From Mobula hypostoma (taxonomy: Eukaryota), in the NCBI RefSeq assembly GCF_963921235.1, contig NC_086118.1, positions 12,774,001-12,838,000 on the forward strand: a stretch of DNA of 64,000 nucleotides. Direction: 5' to 3'. Shown in pieces: positions 51,675-64,000 of the stretch (position 1 is the stretch's first letter; the number at the start of each line of letters is the position of its first letter). The notes under the pieces were generated by a model that saw only the letters and a program-made list of their open reading frames with translations, did no database searches and was not told where the DNA came from. The position numbers were made by a program, and so were the translations under genes.

Positions 51675-54642
51675 CTTTGCTACTGGATTCCAAGAGAGGG
51701 AATTTGTCGAGTGCCTATGAGTGGCATTTAGAACAGCTTGTGGTTAAGCCCACGAGGGAAAAGGGAATTCTGGATTGGGTGTTGTGTAATGAACCAGATT
51801 TGATTAGGGAGCTTAAGGTAAAGGAACCCTTATGAAAGTGATCCTGATATGCTAGAGTTCTCCCTGCAGTTTGAGAGGGAAGAGAGATACATCAGTGGAG
51901 TAAAGGAAAAATACACATGAATGAGAGAGGAGCTGGCTATAGTTCATTGTAAGGGGACACTAGAAAGGATGATAGCGGAACAGCAGTGAATGGAGTTTTG
52001 GGGGAATTCAGAAGACACAAGATAGATACATCCTAAAGATGAAGTATTCTGAAGGGAGGATGATGCAACTGTGGTTGACAAAGGAAGTGAAAGGCAGCAT
52101 AAAATCAAAAGAGGGAGCATATAACAGAGCAAAAATTAGTGGGAAGTTGCCAGATTGGGCAGTTTTTAAAAGCCAATAGAAGGCAACCAAAAAAAGCCGA
52201 AAGGAGAGAAAACATTAAATCTGAAGGTAAGCTAGCAAAAAGTGTAAGATCTATCAAGTTTTTCAGATGTATAAAAAGAGGGCTGAGAATCGATGTTGGA
52301 CTATTAGAAAATGACGCTTGAGAGGTCATAATGCGAGACAAAGAAATGGCAGATGAACTTAAGTATTTTGCATCATTCTTCACTGCAAAACATTAGTATG
52401 CCAGAAATTCAGTGACAGGAGGCAGAGTTAGTGTAGTTGCTATTACTAAGGAGAAGATACTTGAGAAGATGAAAGGTCTGAAGGTAAACAGGTCACATGG
52501 ATTACACCCCAGGTTTCTGCAAGTGGTAGCTGAAAAGATTGTGGAGGGATTAGTAATAATCTTTCAAGAACCACTAGATTCTGAAATGGTTCCAGAGGAC
52601 TGAAAAGTTGCAAGTGTCCCTACTCTTTAAGAGGGCAGAGAGGCAGAGGAAAGAAAATTGTAGGCTAGTTATCCTAAATTCGGTGCTTACTAAGATATTA
52701 GAGTCCATAATTAAGGATGAGTTTTCTGGGTACTCACAGGGACATGATATAATAAGCCAAATTCAGCATGATTTCCTTAAGGGGAAATCTTGCCTGATAA
52801 ATCTATTGGAATCTGTTGAAAATAACTGGCAGGATAGACAAAGGACAGTCAGTGAATGTTTCATACTTGGAATTCCAAAAGGCCTTTGATAAAGTGTTAC
52901 ATATGAGGCTGCTTAACAAGGTAAGAACTCACGGTGTTACAGGAAAGAGACTAGCATGGATAGAAGATTGGATGACGGGCAGGAGGCAAAGACTGGAATT
53001 AAAGGGAGTTTATTCTGGTTGGCTGCTGGTGACAAGTGGTGTTTTGCAGGGGTCACTACTAGGACCATTTCTTTTCACATTATTCTTGAAACACCTTGGT
53101 TTCCTTGGTTGCATAAGTCTAGAAAAGACAATCTCTGGCCCCGCCAGGCTCGTGAAATTGAAGTGCTCTCCCACCCCAAGCCCCAGTTCATGTGGATGCT
53201 GGGTAATTTGCTACCCTGTTACAAATTAGTGCCATTAAATAACAGTCAGTACACTGCATATGATTAAAGGAATTATATTTATGAATCTTAACTAAAAGGT
53301 TAATAAAGAATAACAAAAAGTAAAGGGCCCATTCTAATTAAACAGTCAAATGTGTACAAGTTGGAGCTCATCTTCTCTGTCACTTATGAGCTGGGACCCC
53401 GTCAGTGTGAATACACACACCACCTTCCAAACGCTGCTCACAATCCGTCTCGAACTAATGGCTCTCCCATCGGATCGTATGCTACGACTGGTTCTCCCCA
53501 GCGTCTTCTCTCTCCATCTCCCACCGAACGCTAAAAGAAAACCTCCCGCTAATTGGACGGCACACATTCCACACCATCCCTTTTCTTCAACAGTAACCCA
53601 AACAAGCTGCTCTTACAGAACTGCCAAAATGAAATATATAGAGCATAACAGTAAAAATGTGAACCAGGGCATTACATTCGTCAGTGATTTGGATGATGGA
53701 GTTGATGGCTTGGTGGCCAAGTTTGCAGGTGATACTAAGATAGGTGGGGGGGGGGCAGATAGTGCTGAAAAAGCAGGAGTCTGCAAAAGGACTTGGACAG
53801 ATTGGGAACATGGGCAAAGAAGTGGCAGATGGAAAAAAGTGTAGGGAAGTGCATGGTCATCCATTTTGGTAGAAGGAATAAAAGCATAAACTATTTTTTA
53901 AATGGTGAGGAAATTTAAAAAAAAAACAGAGGTGCAAAGGAACTTGGGAGTCCTTTTGCAATATTCCCTACAGGTTAACTTGCAGATTGAGTCAGTTGTG
54001 TGGAAGGCAAATGCAATATTAGTTTTCATTTCCAGAGGACTGGAATATAAGAGAAAAGATGTAATGCTGAGTTTTCCTAAGGCATTGGTCAGACCACACT
54101 TGGAGTATTGTGAGCAGTTTTGTGCCCCCTACCTAAGAAAAGATGCACTGGTATTGGGGAGTGCCATGAGAAGGCTCATGCGAATGGTTCCAGGAATAAA
54201 ACTGTTAATGTATGAGGACAGTTTGATGACTCTGGGCCTATACTCATTGGAGTTCAGAAGAATGGGGGAGATCTCATTAAAACGTATCAAATATTGAAAG
54301 GTCTATACAGAATGGATGTGGAGTGGATGTTTAATACTGTGAAAGAGCTTAGAACCACAGGACACCACCTTAGAATAGATGGATGTCCATTTAGAACAGA
54401 GAGGGAAGAAATTTCTTTAGCTAGAGTATGTAGAATCTATGGAATTCATTGCTACAGATAGCGATGGAGGCAAAGTCATTGAGTCTGTTTAAAGCAGGGG
54501 TTGATAGGTTCTTGATTATTCAGGACATCAAAGATTACAGAGCGAAGGCAGGAGAATAAGATTGAGAAGAGTAATAAATCAGCTATGATGGATGCTGAAG
54601 ACTCAATGGTCAGAATTCTACCCTATGTCTTATGGTCTTATT
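51675..54642 (+). mobile_element. Degenerate CR1 ORF2 and 3' end
   Basis: ORFs 52608-52889, 52816-53229 (LEFQKAFDKV, SGVLQGS), 53902-54297; KFAGDTKIGG. Confidence 0.9.
53087..53676. mobile_element. Solo LTR (~590 bp) inserted in CR1 RT
   Basis: TG...CA ends with an imperfect 15-bp inverted repeat; flanks TTCT/TTCG; CR1 RT frame rejoins across it. Confidence 0.75.
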
Positions 54643-54959
54643 GTCTAGCTTTTTAATTCAACCTCTTCACTTACATTTGTTGTACATATATATTGCATGT
54701 GTACATCCACTACATATGGAAATGGGAGGCTTATGGCATGCTTAATGCAATTCTTTAAGTGAAGAATCAGCCAGTGCAGGCCCTCAGTAAATGGTAACAA
54801 CGAGGCACAATTGCCAAATACGAAAATTTAGTGTCAAATAATATTGCAGTTCAATGCAGTTAAAGTTTTGTCATATTTAATGTTAAGCAATTAGTAGACA
54901 TTGGTACAAATTGTTTCTTTGGCTAGAAGTATAATACAAAATTATTTTTAAACTTTTTT

Positions 54960-55215
54960 TTAGAGAGATAGCATGGAACAGGTGCACTCAGCCGTTCCAT
55001 CCAGCCATCAACCGATTTAACCCTAGCCTAATCTAGGACAATTTACAGTGACCAATTACTCAACTAACTAGTACATCTTTGAACTGTGAGAGGAACCTAA
55101 AGCACTCAGGGGAAACCCATGCACACAAAGGAAGAACTTATAAACTTTCTTACCGGGAATGCCAGAATTGAACTCTGAACTCCGCCCCTATCTGTACTAG
55201 CACAGTGCTGATTGC
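54960..55215 (-). mobile_element. V-SINE/HE1-like SINE
   Basis: ggacaatttacagtgaccaatt...actgtgagaggaacc...gggaaacccatgca block. Confidence 0.65.
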
Positions 55216-56163
55216 TATGATGCCATTGAACCCCAGATGACCCAGTCTCCAAAGGTTAGTTTGTTTTCAAAATTTGGCGTCAGGGAATATAACTGAACTT
55301 AAAATAATGGAAGCATGTAAATTATTTGTGTTTTACTTTATTTTATTCTCTGGTTTCTCGAGGTCTCTTGCGATGTGAGTTGCTAAAAATGTGATTTCTT
55401 CCAGGTCTCTGCTACAGTTTAATCTTTGCAAAGCTTGTGCTATGATCGCGGATTGACAGCTGTTCGTTTTGAATTTGACTGTCAGCTTCATCGCTGCCCT
55501 CTGTTGACCTTTACTTTAGTCAACTACCTTAGGTTAGGTAAATACCATATAAATTTTAATTAATTCAAAAAGGTGCTTTATTATATTGTATCACACAAAT
55601 ATCCAAGTAATGGCTAACAACTTGGGTACATGAATGCCATTGTTTCTTTTGTATTGGCGCTCACACAGATCCGCACACCAACTTATAACATCAAAATAGG
55701 TCGAATGACTGATGCTTCTTCTTCCTTCCCCAGACATGGGGATCTTCCTTGCGATAGTCTTCAGAGTGCTCGCTGCTCATCTCTGTTGAGCTGAGCAATC
55801 AACATTAGGTGTGCGTTTTTTAATAAAACTACCTTTTAACCAGGACAGTGATTGAAATTTTAAAGGCAAAGTTTCCCAGCAGTTCCTCTGAGCTGAGGAG
55901 TGACTAATCAGCTAGAGGTAGTGTGTAAAAAGAGCTACCTTCCGGTGAGGTCCGCGTTCAAGATTTAAAAAGCAGAGCTTCACGGCAGTATTCCTGAGTT
56001 GAGGAATGATCAATCAGCAAGAAGGATTCATTAGAAGGGGCTGATAAAAATAACCCGGGTGCAAGCGGACTGACCGTTCCTTTTGAGTGTGCCAGTCTTT
56101 GGAGTGGCTTTGGCTCCTCAGACTTGGGTGATGTAAATTTATTTGTAAGTTACTCTCTGTTTG

Positions 56164-56390
56164 GGCACGTGCCCAGGTGGTTAAGGCATTCGTCTAGTGA
56201 TCTGAAGGTCACTAGTTCAAGCCTCAGCTGTGGCAGCATGTTTGTGTCCTTGAACAAGGCACTTAACCACACATTGCTCTAGTGTCTGTGTGAGGAGTGG
56301 CGCCCCACACAGACTTCCAATCTGCACCTTGTAAGGCATGAAAATGCCCGACGCAGGCCTCTCATAGTCTGAGTCGATGTTCCCTCCCCC
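56164..56390 (+). mobile_element. tRNA-derived SINE with CORE-like block
   Basis: Head nearly identical to 36109-36414 but a different tail; 12-bp TSD ACTCTCTGTTTG at 56152-56163 and 56391-56402. Confidence 0.88.
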
Positions 56391-58488
56391 ACTCTCTGTT
56401 TGTTCTTATTTGTTCATTCCTCATCTGTTAAGGCATAGTAGTTTAGTGACAATGGCTCAGAGGCAGTGTTTTGTACTCTGTGTGGGATGTGGGAAGTCCG
56501 GGAGACCTCCAGTCTCACAGAAAAAAAAAGCACCTGCACCAGGTGCACTAAGTTGCAGCTCCTGAGAGAACATATTGAGAAACTGGAGCTGCAGCTTGAT
56601 GACCCTCGACTCAAAAGGGAGAATGAAGTGATGATAGACAGGAGCTACAGGGAGGTAGTCACCCCTAGATTGCAGGAGACAGGTAAACGGGTGACAGTCA
56701 GAAGAAGGAGGGGAAATTCACAGTCAGCGCAGAGTACACCAGTGGCTGTTCCCCTCGATAATAATAATCAAACATCTTTAGATACTATTGAGGGGAGCCA
56801 CAGAGACTGGGTTTCTGGCACTAAGTCTGGTGCTGTGGTTCAGAAGAGGGTAAAGGTTGAGAGGTCTGCAGTGCTGATAGGAGATTCCTTATTGGAGAAA
56901 CAGAAATGAGTTTCTGTGGGCATGATAGAAACACTCAGATGGTATGTTCTCTTCCTGTTGCCAGGGGCAGGGATGTCTCGGATCGGGCTCATGGTGCTCT
57001 CAAGGGCAAGGGTGAGCAGCCAGAAGTCTTGGTATGTATTGACATCAATGGCATAAGTAGACAAAGTTAGAAGGTACTGAAGAGAGATTTTAGGGAGGTA
57101 GGTAGAAAGTTGAGAAAGAGAACCTCCAAGGTAATAATCTCTGGATTGCTGATGTGCCATGTGCCACTGAAGGTAAGAATGGGAAGTTTTGGCAGGTGAA
57201 TGCATGGCTGAGGAACTGGTGCAGGGAACAGGGGTTCAGATTTATGGATCGTTGGGACCTCTTCTGGAGAAAGCACGATTTGTACAAAGGAACGTTTTAC
57301 ACTTGAACACAAGGGGGTACAAAATCCTTGCAGGTAGGTTGGCTAGAGTTGTTCAGGTGGCATTAAACTAATCTGGAGGGGGAAAGGAACTGGAGTCATA
57401 GTGCTGAAGATAAAGTGGTTGGATTACAAACAGAGGCAATGTACAGTGAGACTCCTAGCAAGGAAAAGTTGATGATAGAGCAGAATTGCAGTCAACGGGA
57501 TGAGTTGCAATGTAAAAGGTAGACAAAATCGAAAAGGGTGAATACAGCACTGAAGGTGTTGTATTTTGATGCGCACAGTATACAGAATAAGGTAGATAAA
57601 TGTGTCGCACATTTACAGATTGGCATGTATGATATTGTAGGCATCATTGAATTATGGCTGAAAGAAGATTATAGCTGGGATATTAACTTCCAAGGATGCA
57701 TATTGTATCAAAAGGACGGGCAGGGAGGCAGAGGGGGTGGTGTGGTTCCCTTGGTAAAAATTGAAATTAAATCATTAGAAAGAGGTGGCATAAGTTTGGA
57801 AGGTGTTGAGTAATTGTGGAGAGAGCTAAGGAACTGCAAGGGTAGAAACTGCTTGACAGGAGCTATATACAGACCCCAAACAGTAGTAAGGATGTGGTCT
57901 ACTAATTATAATAGAAGATAGAAAATGCATGCCAAAAGGGCAATGTTACCATAGTTATGGAGGATTTCAATATGCAGGTAGAATGGGAAAATCAGATGGT
58001 GCTGGATTCAAAGAGGAGGAATTTCTAGAAAGCCTGTGGAAAGTTTTTTAAAGCAGCTAATGGTTGGGTCCACTAGTGATTGTGCAACGAGCCATAATTA
58101 ATTAGAGAGCTTAAGGTAAAAGAACCCTATTATAAAAGTGATCATAATATGATCAAATTCACCCTGAAATTTGAAAAGGAAAAACTAAAGTCAGATGCAT
58201 CAGTTTTACAATGCAGTAAAAGAAATTACAGAGGCAAGAGAGAGGAGGTGGCCAGAATTGATTGGAAAAGAGTACAGGCAGGGATGATGCAGTGCAGTAG
58301 TAGGTGGAATTTCTGGAAGCAATTCGGAAGGCACAGGATATATACATCCCAAAGAGGAAGAGGTACTTCAAAGGTAAAATGGCACAACCATGGGTAATGA
58401 GAAGTCAATGCCATCATAAAAACCAGGAGGGTATATAATAGAGCAAAAATTAGTGGGAAGCTAGAGGATTGGGAAGCTTTTAAAAACT

Positions 58489-61400
58489 TTCTTCTCCTAC
58501 TTCTTCTTCTTTTTTTATGGTGGTTGGCACCCAGCTTAATGGTGCATTACCGTCACCTTCTGCTTCGCAGTGTGCAATAGACTTATATTCCAAATTCCTT
58601 CCCCCAATCATACACACATATATACCCTAACCTACGTTTTATCCTCCCATCTTTGACCATCCTAGTACCCCATTCCTGCTTATTCATCATATCCTATAAA
58701 AAAAACACTGTACCTTTAAGAAAGATAAGAATACCCTGAGCTATCCTTTCTCACCCATGCCCAGCAACCTTTTTAATGTGAATTCCTGCACCCTGAATTC
58801 CCTTAGATTAATTCTCATCATCTCTCTCTGTATCCCATACTTCCTGAAACTCAGAACTACATGTTCTGCTGACTCTTCTTCCTGACATTCCTCACACAAT
58901 CCTGTCTGGTGTTTTCCTATCATTTTCAATGTTTTGTTTAACGTACAGTGCCCCAGCCTTAACCTAGTCCACACAGTCTCCTCTCTTCTGTATCCACTAC
59001 CCACCCTAGTACCTGCAACACTTTTTTGTATTTGATATAAATGCCTCCCTTTACCCTTCCTGTCCCATCTTTCTTGCCACATTTGGTTGATTTTTTCCCA
59101 GATTACACACTTAACCTCTGCTTTACTGATACTAATGTGCATTTCTATATTTTCTTTCTTTAACGCCCTCTTTGCCAACTCACCCACCCTCTCATTCCCC
59201 TTCACCCTTCCATGTGCTGGAACCCATAGAAATTTTACCTGACCTCCCTGATTTGCAATTCTTGTGACTGACTGAAGGACTTCATAAAGTACATCTTGCC
59301 GACTGTTTGAGTGAAAAGACTTTAAACTCAGGATGAATCTGAGCATATCAACACTTTGACTTGTCTGGCTTTCTCCACCCATCGCAATGCAACCAATACT
59401 GCCAGCATCTCCACTGTATACACCCCTAATTTATTAGATGTTCTGCTGATTCCAATTTCTTTTGCTGGTATAGCCACCCCAAACCCTGTCACTCCTATTT
59501 CAGGTTCCTTAGCACCATCCGTATAAATCTGAGTATAATCAATATATTTTTCCATCACATGACAATTAAATGCACTTACCAAATCAGTTTTATATTTTCC
59601 TTTCCTTTTTAGCTTTAACAAATGCCAGTCTATGTTAGGTCATATAAGCTTCCATGGAGCTACAATCCAATAAACTACTGAAGGACTTATTCTTAGATCA
59701 AACACTGCACATTCTTTAGCAATATCATTCCCTACCCCACTAAAGTTATCCCTTGAAACCTCCCATTTTCCCAGCACTCCTGCAACACTTCTTTTGCAGG
59801 GTGAGAATCATTGTGTCCCTGCAAATTAGCCCAGTAGTTTGCCATCAATTGCATCCTTCTTAGTTCCAAAGACATTACTCCTATTTCTACTTGTAGGGCT
59901 GATACTGGTGGTGTTTTAAAAGCCCCACTGCACACTCTCAAATCCTGAGCCTGAATCACATCCAGTTTCCTTATAAGAGACCTAGCTGCTGATCCATATG
60001 CTATATTTCCATCGTCCAGTACATATCTTGCTAAAGCCACATACATTCTCTTCAACGCTGAACAACTTGCTCCCCATTCCCTACCAGTCAAACATCTCAT
60101 CACATTTATTACATTTTTACATTTCTCCTCAACTTTCCTGATATGTTCTGCCCATGTTAATTGTGAATCAAATATAACTCCCAGAAATTTAAATGATCCA
60201 ACCCTTTCTAATTCAATCTCATACATCCTTAACCTCTTCCCAACCTCAATTCTTTTCCTGTTGAAAAATACAGTTTGAGTTTTTTCTACTGAAAATCTAC
60301 CCCCAACCATAACCCCACTCCACCACTTCATCAATTGCTCCTTGTAGTTTCCTGACTGTATGCTCCATGTTCCTGCCTCTTTTCCACAAGGCCCCATCAT
60401 CCGCAAACAGTGACCTACCTATATCCACTGGTAGCTTTGTGAAGGTATCATTGATCATAATGATGAAAAGTAACGGGCTAATCACACTACCTTGAGGTGT
60501 GCCATTTCCCACTATACATTGTTTTGATAATTCACATTATCACTGAGCCCATGGAATTCCTTCCCTTTCTAAAACCACTCTGATAACTTGTCAGCATTCC
60601 TCTCTTCTCAAGCTCATATGATAACATTTCTGTTATCATCCTTTCCATTATCTTACATATATTTGATGTTAATGCTATTGGTCTGTAGCTAGTGGGTTTT
60701 GACGGATCCTTGCCAGGTTTCCTCATTGGAATTACTACTGCTTCTTTCCATGCACTTGGTAATCTTCCCTCCTCCCACACTCTGTTATAAAAATGCAGCA
60801 ACTTCAAGAGCACTCCTTCTCCTATAATTTTTAGCATAATATAGCATATCAGATCTTTCCCTGGGGAGGTTGGTCTCGACCTCCTTATTGCTCTCACCAT
60901 TTCTCCCAACGTAAATGGATCATCAATTATATAACCTGTTTCTTCCCTCCTGTTTAACACACCTAGGTGTTGTTTCATTGTTCTTTCCCTTCTCCTTCTC
61001 CCTTCTTCAGACAAATTTTCTGAACTGTGTATTTGTACAAACGACTTGGCCATAATCTCAGCCTTATCCCTACTGGAGACTGCTGTTTCCCCCTCAGATA
61101 TCATTACTGGATATTCCCATTCCCTTCTATCTCACCCCATCATCTAAATCGTTCCCTATACCTCTCCCACAGGTGTTGTTCTTCCTATTTTCTTGCAAAA
61201 ACTCCTCCAACTTGCCCTTTTAGCTTGACGTATAGTTCTTTTCACCACTGCCTGTGCCTTCTTATATTGAATCAAATACTGCATATTATGGGTTCTTTTA
61301 ACTAGCCTGAATGTTCTATTTCTGTTTTTTACAGCCTGACAACATTCCTCTGTCCACCATGGTACCAGTTTTCTATTCATCCTGTTTTTACTCCTGGGTA

Positions 61401-63629
61401 TAGACCCTTCTGCTGCCATAATAATTGCTGAAGTCACCTGACTGTTTAATTCATCTATATTTCCAGAAATGTCAATCTTTGTCAATGCCTCTTCACTCAA
61501 CTTCTGGAACTTATCCCAATCTGCTTTTCCAAACACCCACTTTGGGATTCCACCACCTGGTCTTACTTCAACTCTTTCACCCACTGAACATAAAACTGGG
61601 TAGTGATCACTGCCTACTGTTGAAGCAGTCCAAATTCCCCAGTTACTAACGCCAGCCAAGGTATTAGACACTAATGAAATATCTAACACTGACTCAGTTC
61701 CTGTTGTTATACCTATCCTTGTTCCTCTACCATCCTTCATACACACCAAATCCCTTTCTTCCATCAAATCTTCAATTACCTTTCCATTTGAATCTGTAAT
61801 CGTATCTCCCCATATTGTGCTGTGAGCATTGAAATCTGCACACCACACTACTTTATGTCTGTTTTGTCCTTGTATCCTTTTACATGGATTGTAGTAGTTA
61901 ATTATAATCACTCCCTCCCCTCTCTCCCACACTTCCACCACTATGTATTCCTGATCATCTCCTTTTTCCAATATCCTATATGGTATACCTTGTTTGATTA
62001 ACATTGCACAACCTCCTCCTCCCCCTAGAATTCTAACTTTCCTTATCATTGTATACCCATACACTACAAAGTCTAAAGTTGGTTTCAACCAAGTTTCCTG
62101 AATACATACTACATCCAGTTTTACAACCATTTCTTTAATAAAGTGCTTGAATTCCTGGCCATTGGTCAGTAAGCTCCTTGCATTCCATTGTAAAATAATC
62201 ACCATAATTAGTATTAACTAACCCATGACACTTCCTGGCTTGACTGATTAGTGAGGTTCTCCCTCACTTCTTCCCATGTCAGTCCCACAAACCCTAAATG
62301 GTTCACTGCTGCGTTGACCACCAGCTGAATTTTATCACTTTGCGACTTGACCTCAGCCATACTGTTAATCACTCCTGCAATGAATGTTACTAGATCCTTT
62401 TTGTCTACATAAATCCTGTCATTTGTTCTTTGTTGCAACACTCGCATCCCTATTGCTCCCTGTTCATTAGGAGCATTATTCTGTTCTCTTGACATTTTTA
62501 CAGCTTCTGCATAAGTGATCTTTCTTTTCACTCTTATTTCTTGAATTTTATTCTCCCATCTCATAACTGACACCCACAATATGCCACATTATGAGCTCCT
62601 CCACAATTGCAGCATTTTGGTTGCACTCCTGTTCCGCACTTTCCATATTCATGATCACCCCCACATCTAGCACATCTCCTCTGCCTTTTGCAGTTTTTAG
62701 CTATGTGTCCAAACCTTTGACAGTTATAGCACCTCAATGGCTTTGGCACATACACCTTTACTGGGTAACTCATGAAACCCAGGAACACCTTCCTTGGCAC
62801 TCTTTCTTCTTCAAATTCAATCATTACTGTTTCACTTTCTTTTTTCATTCTCTCCTTTGGGTTGTTTTCAGCCTTTGAACATTTATTACTTTTTCTCCTT
62901 TGATATTCCTCTTTAACTCCTCCATATTTGTACTTATTGGTACCCCTGATATCACTCCTTTACATCCACTGCCATTTCGTGCCTCCACCCTCCTTGAGTA
63001 TCCCACCTTGCATTTTCCTATCTCTTTTAGCTTAAGTGCTTTCTCAAGTTGTTCCTCATTCACACATTTTACCAATAGGTTGCCATGATTACGGACATTT
63101 GCAAATACTATTTCCCCTATCTTATTTGCCAGGGTTGTTGTTAGCACAAATGGGTTAATTTTCTTCATGCGTCCCTGAGCCTTCTCATTAAACTAATTAT
63201 GACAACACCTTGTCTCTGAACTTGTTTTTCTTCCTCACTTTCAGAGATCTCTCCACTGTCATTTCTTATTCTTTCATTCCCTTTGTCTCGGTTTTCAATC
63301 ATCCATCCCCTCACTATCTCCTCATTCCCTTTATTTCTCCCTTCACAATAATCCATTTCTCCCCAGCTGCCCAGATCCCAAATCCCAATCCTGCTCCTTC
63401 TCCACTCTCTTTCCCTCAACCCTGCCTCGCCTTTTCCACCATTACCTGACCCGCGCGACCCCCTACTAGCAATTCCCACTCCTTCCCCACTCTCTTTTCC
63501 TCTTTGGTTCCCATCACAGCAGACTTTCAAACCCCCCCCCCCGCCGCACCGTTCAAGCAATTCAAACAATACTGTTGACACAAAGTAAAAAGATACTCCC
63601 CTCTTCAACAGAGAGCATTCCCACTGTTC
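58489..63629 (-). mobile_element. End-to-end I-group (Nimb-like) LINE: ORF1 zinc knuckles; ORF2 APE-RT-RNase H
   Basis: ORF1 CYNCQRFGHIAKNC/CARCGGDH/CCNCGGAH; ORF2 ILQWNARSL, CIQETW, SDH, SYRPIALTS, GTPQGS, FADD, IYTDG, CSDS, WVPAH..GNE; (AAG)n tail; 12-bp TSD CTTTTAAAAACT at 58477-58488 and 63630-63641. Confidence 0.93.
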
Positions 63630-64000
63630 CTTTTAAAAACTAATAGAAGACAACTAAGAGTCATTAAGAAGGTAAAGATGGAATACAAAAGTAAGCTAGC
63701 CAATAATATTAAAGATGATACCAAAAGTTTCTTCCGATACATAGTGAAAAGCGAGATGAAAATGTATATCAGACCACAGGAAAGCAATGCTGGGGAGGTA
63801 GCAATGTCGAATAGAAATTAAAAGGTCTGAAGATAGATGTCTTCTGGACCAGATGGTGTACACTCCAAGGTTCTGAAAGATGTGGCTGAAGAGATTGTGG
63901 AGGCATTAGTAGTGATCTTTTAAGAATCACTAGATCCTGAAATAGTTCTGGAAGACTGGAAAATTGCAAATGTCACTCCACTCTTCAAGAAGGAAAGGAG

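Larger units (their letters stand above)
55830..64000 (+). mobile_element. CR1 LINE with 5' UTR, ORF1 and ORF2; interrupted, runs off the window
   Basis: ORF1 56466-56909 CTLCGMWE..CTRCTKLQLL..LELQLDD..LIGDS, then esterase remnants; ORF2 LYFDAHSIQNK; resumes at 63630. Confidence 0.9.

Noticed and set aside
53350..53844. 164-aa ORF
   Set aside because: Read-through of solo-LTR sequence into the CR1 RT frame.
56164..56240. tRNA gene
   Set aside because: tRNA-like head continues into a SINE body bounded by a TSD; the same reasoning applies to the SINE heads at ~36340-36414 and ~38140-38212.

Overview
This is eukaryotic (vertebrate) DNA, not prokaryotic. The repeat repertoire (CR1 LINEs, Rex1/Babar-type LINEs, Penelope elements, V-SINEs, short-LTR Gypsy elements) fits a cartilaginous fish, probably a ray; that assignment is an inference. 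I could not identify an intact host protein-coding gene. Nearly every ORF in the track is a degenerate or antisense transposon fragment. Highlights: (1) a decayed minus-strand endogenous retrovirus (~32153-37900) with paired LTRs, a tRNA-Ser-like PBS, integrase GPF motif and an env remnant (furin site, immunosuppressive domain, TM anchor); (2) several Penelope-associated minimal hammerhead ribozyme motifs, including a palindromic non-autonomous element with a 12-bp TSD; (3) an end-to-end I-group/Nimb-like LINE with RNase H and a 12-bp TSD; (4) a HERO REL-endonuclease LINE; (5) solo LTRs and two unclassified dispersed repeat pairs; (6) a candidate 21-nt microexon hinting that the window is intronic. 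Coordinates without a TSD are approximate.
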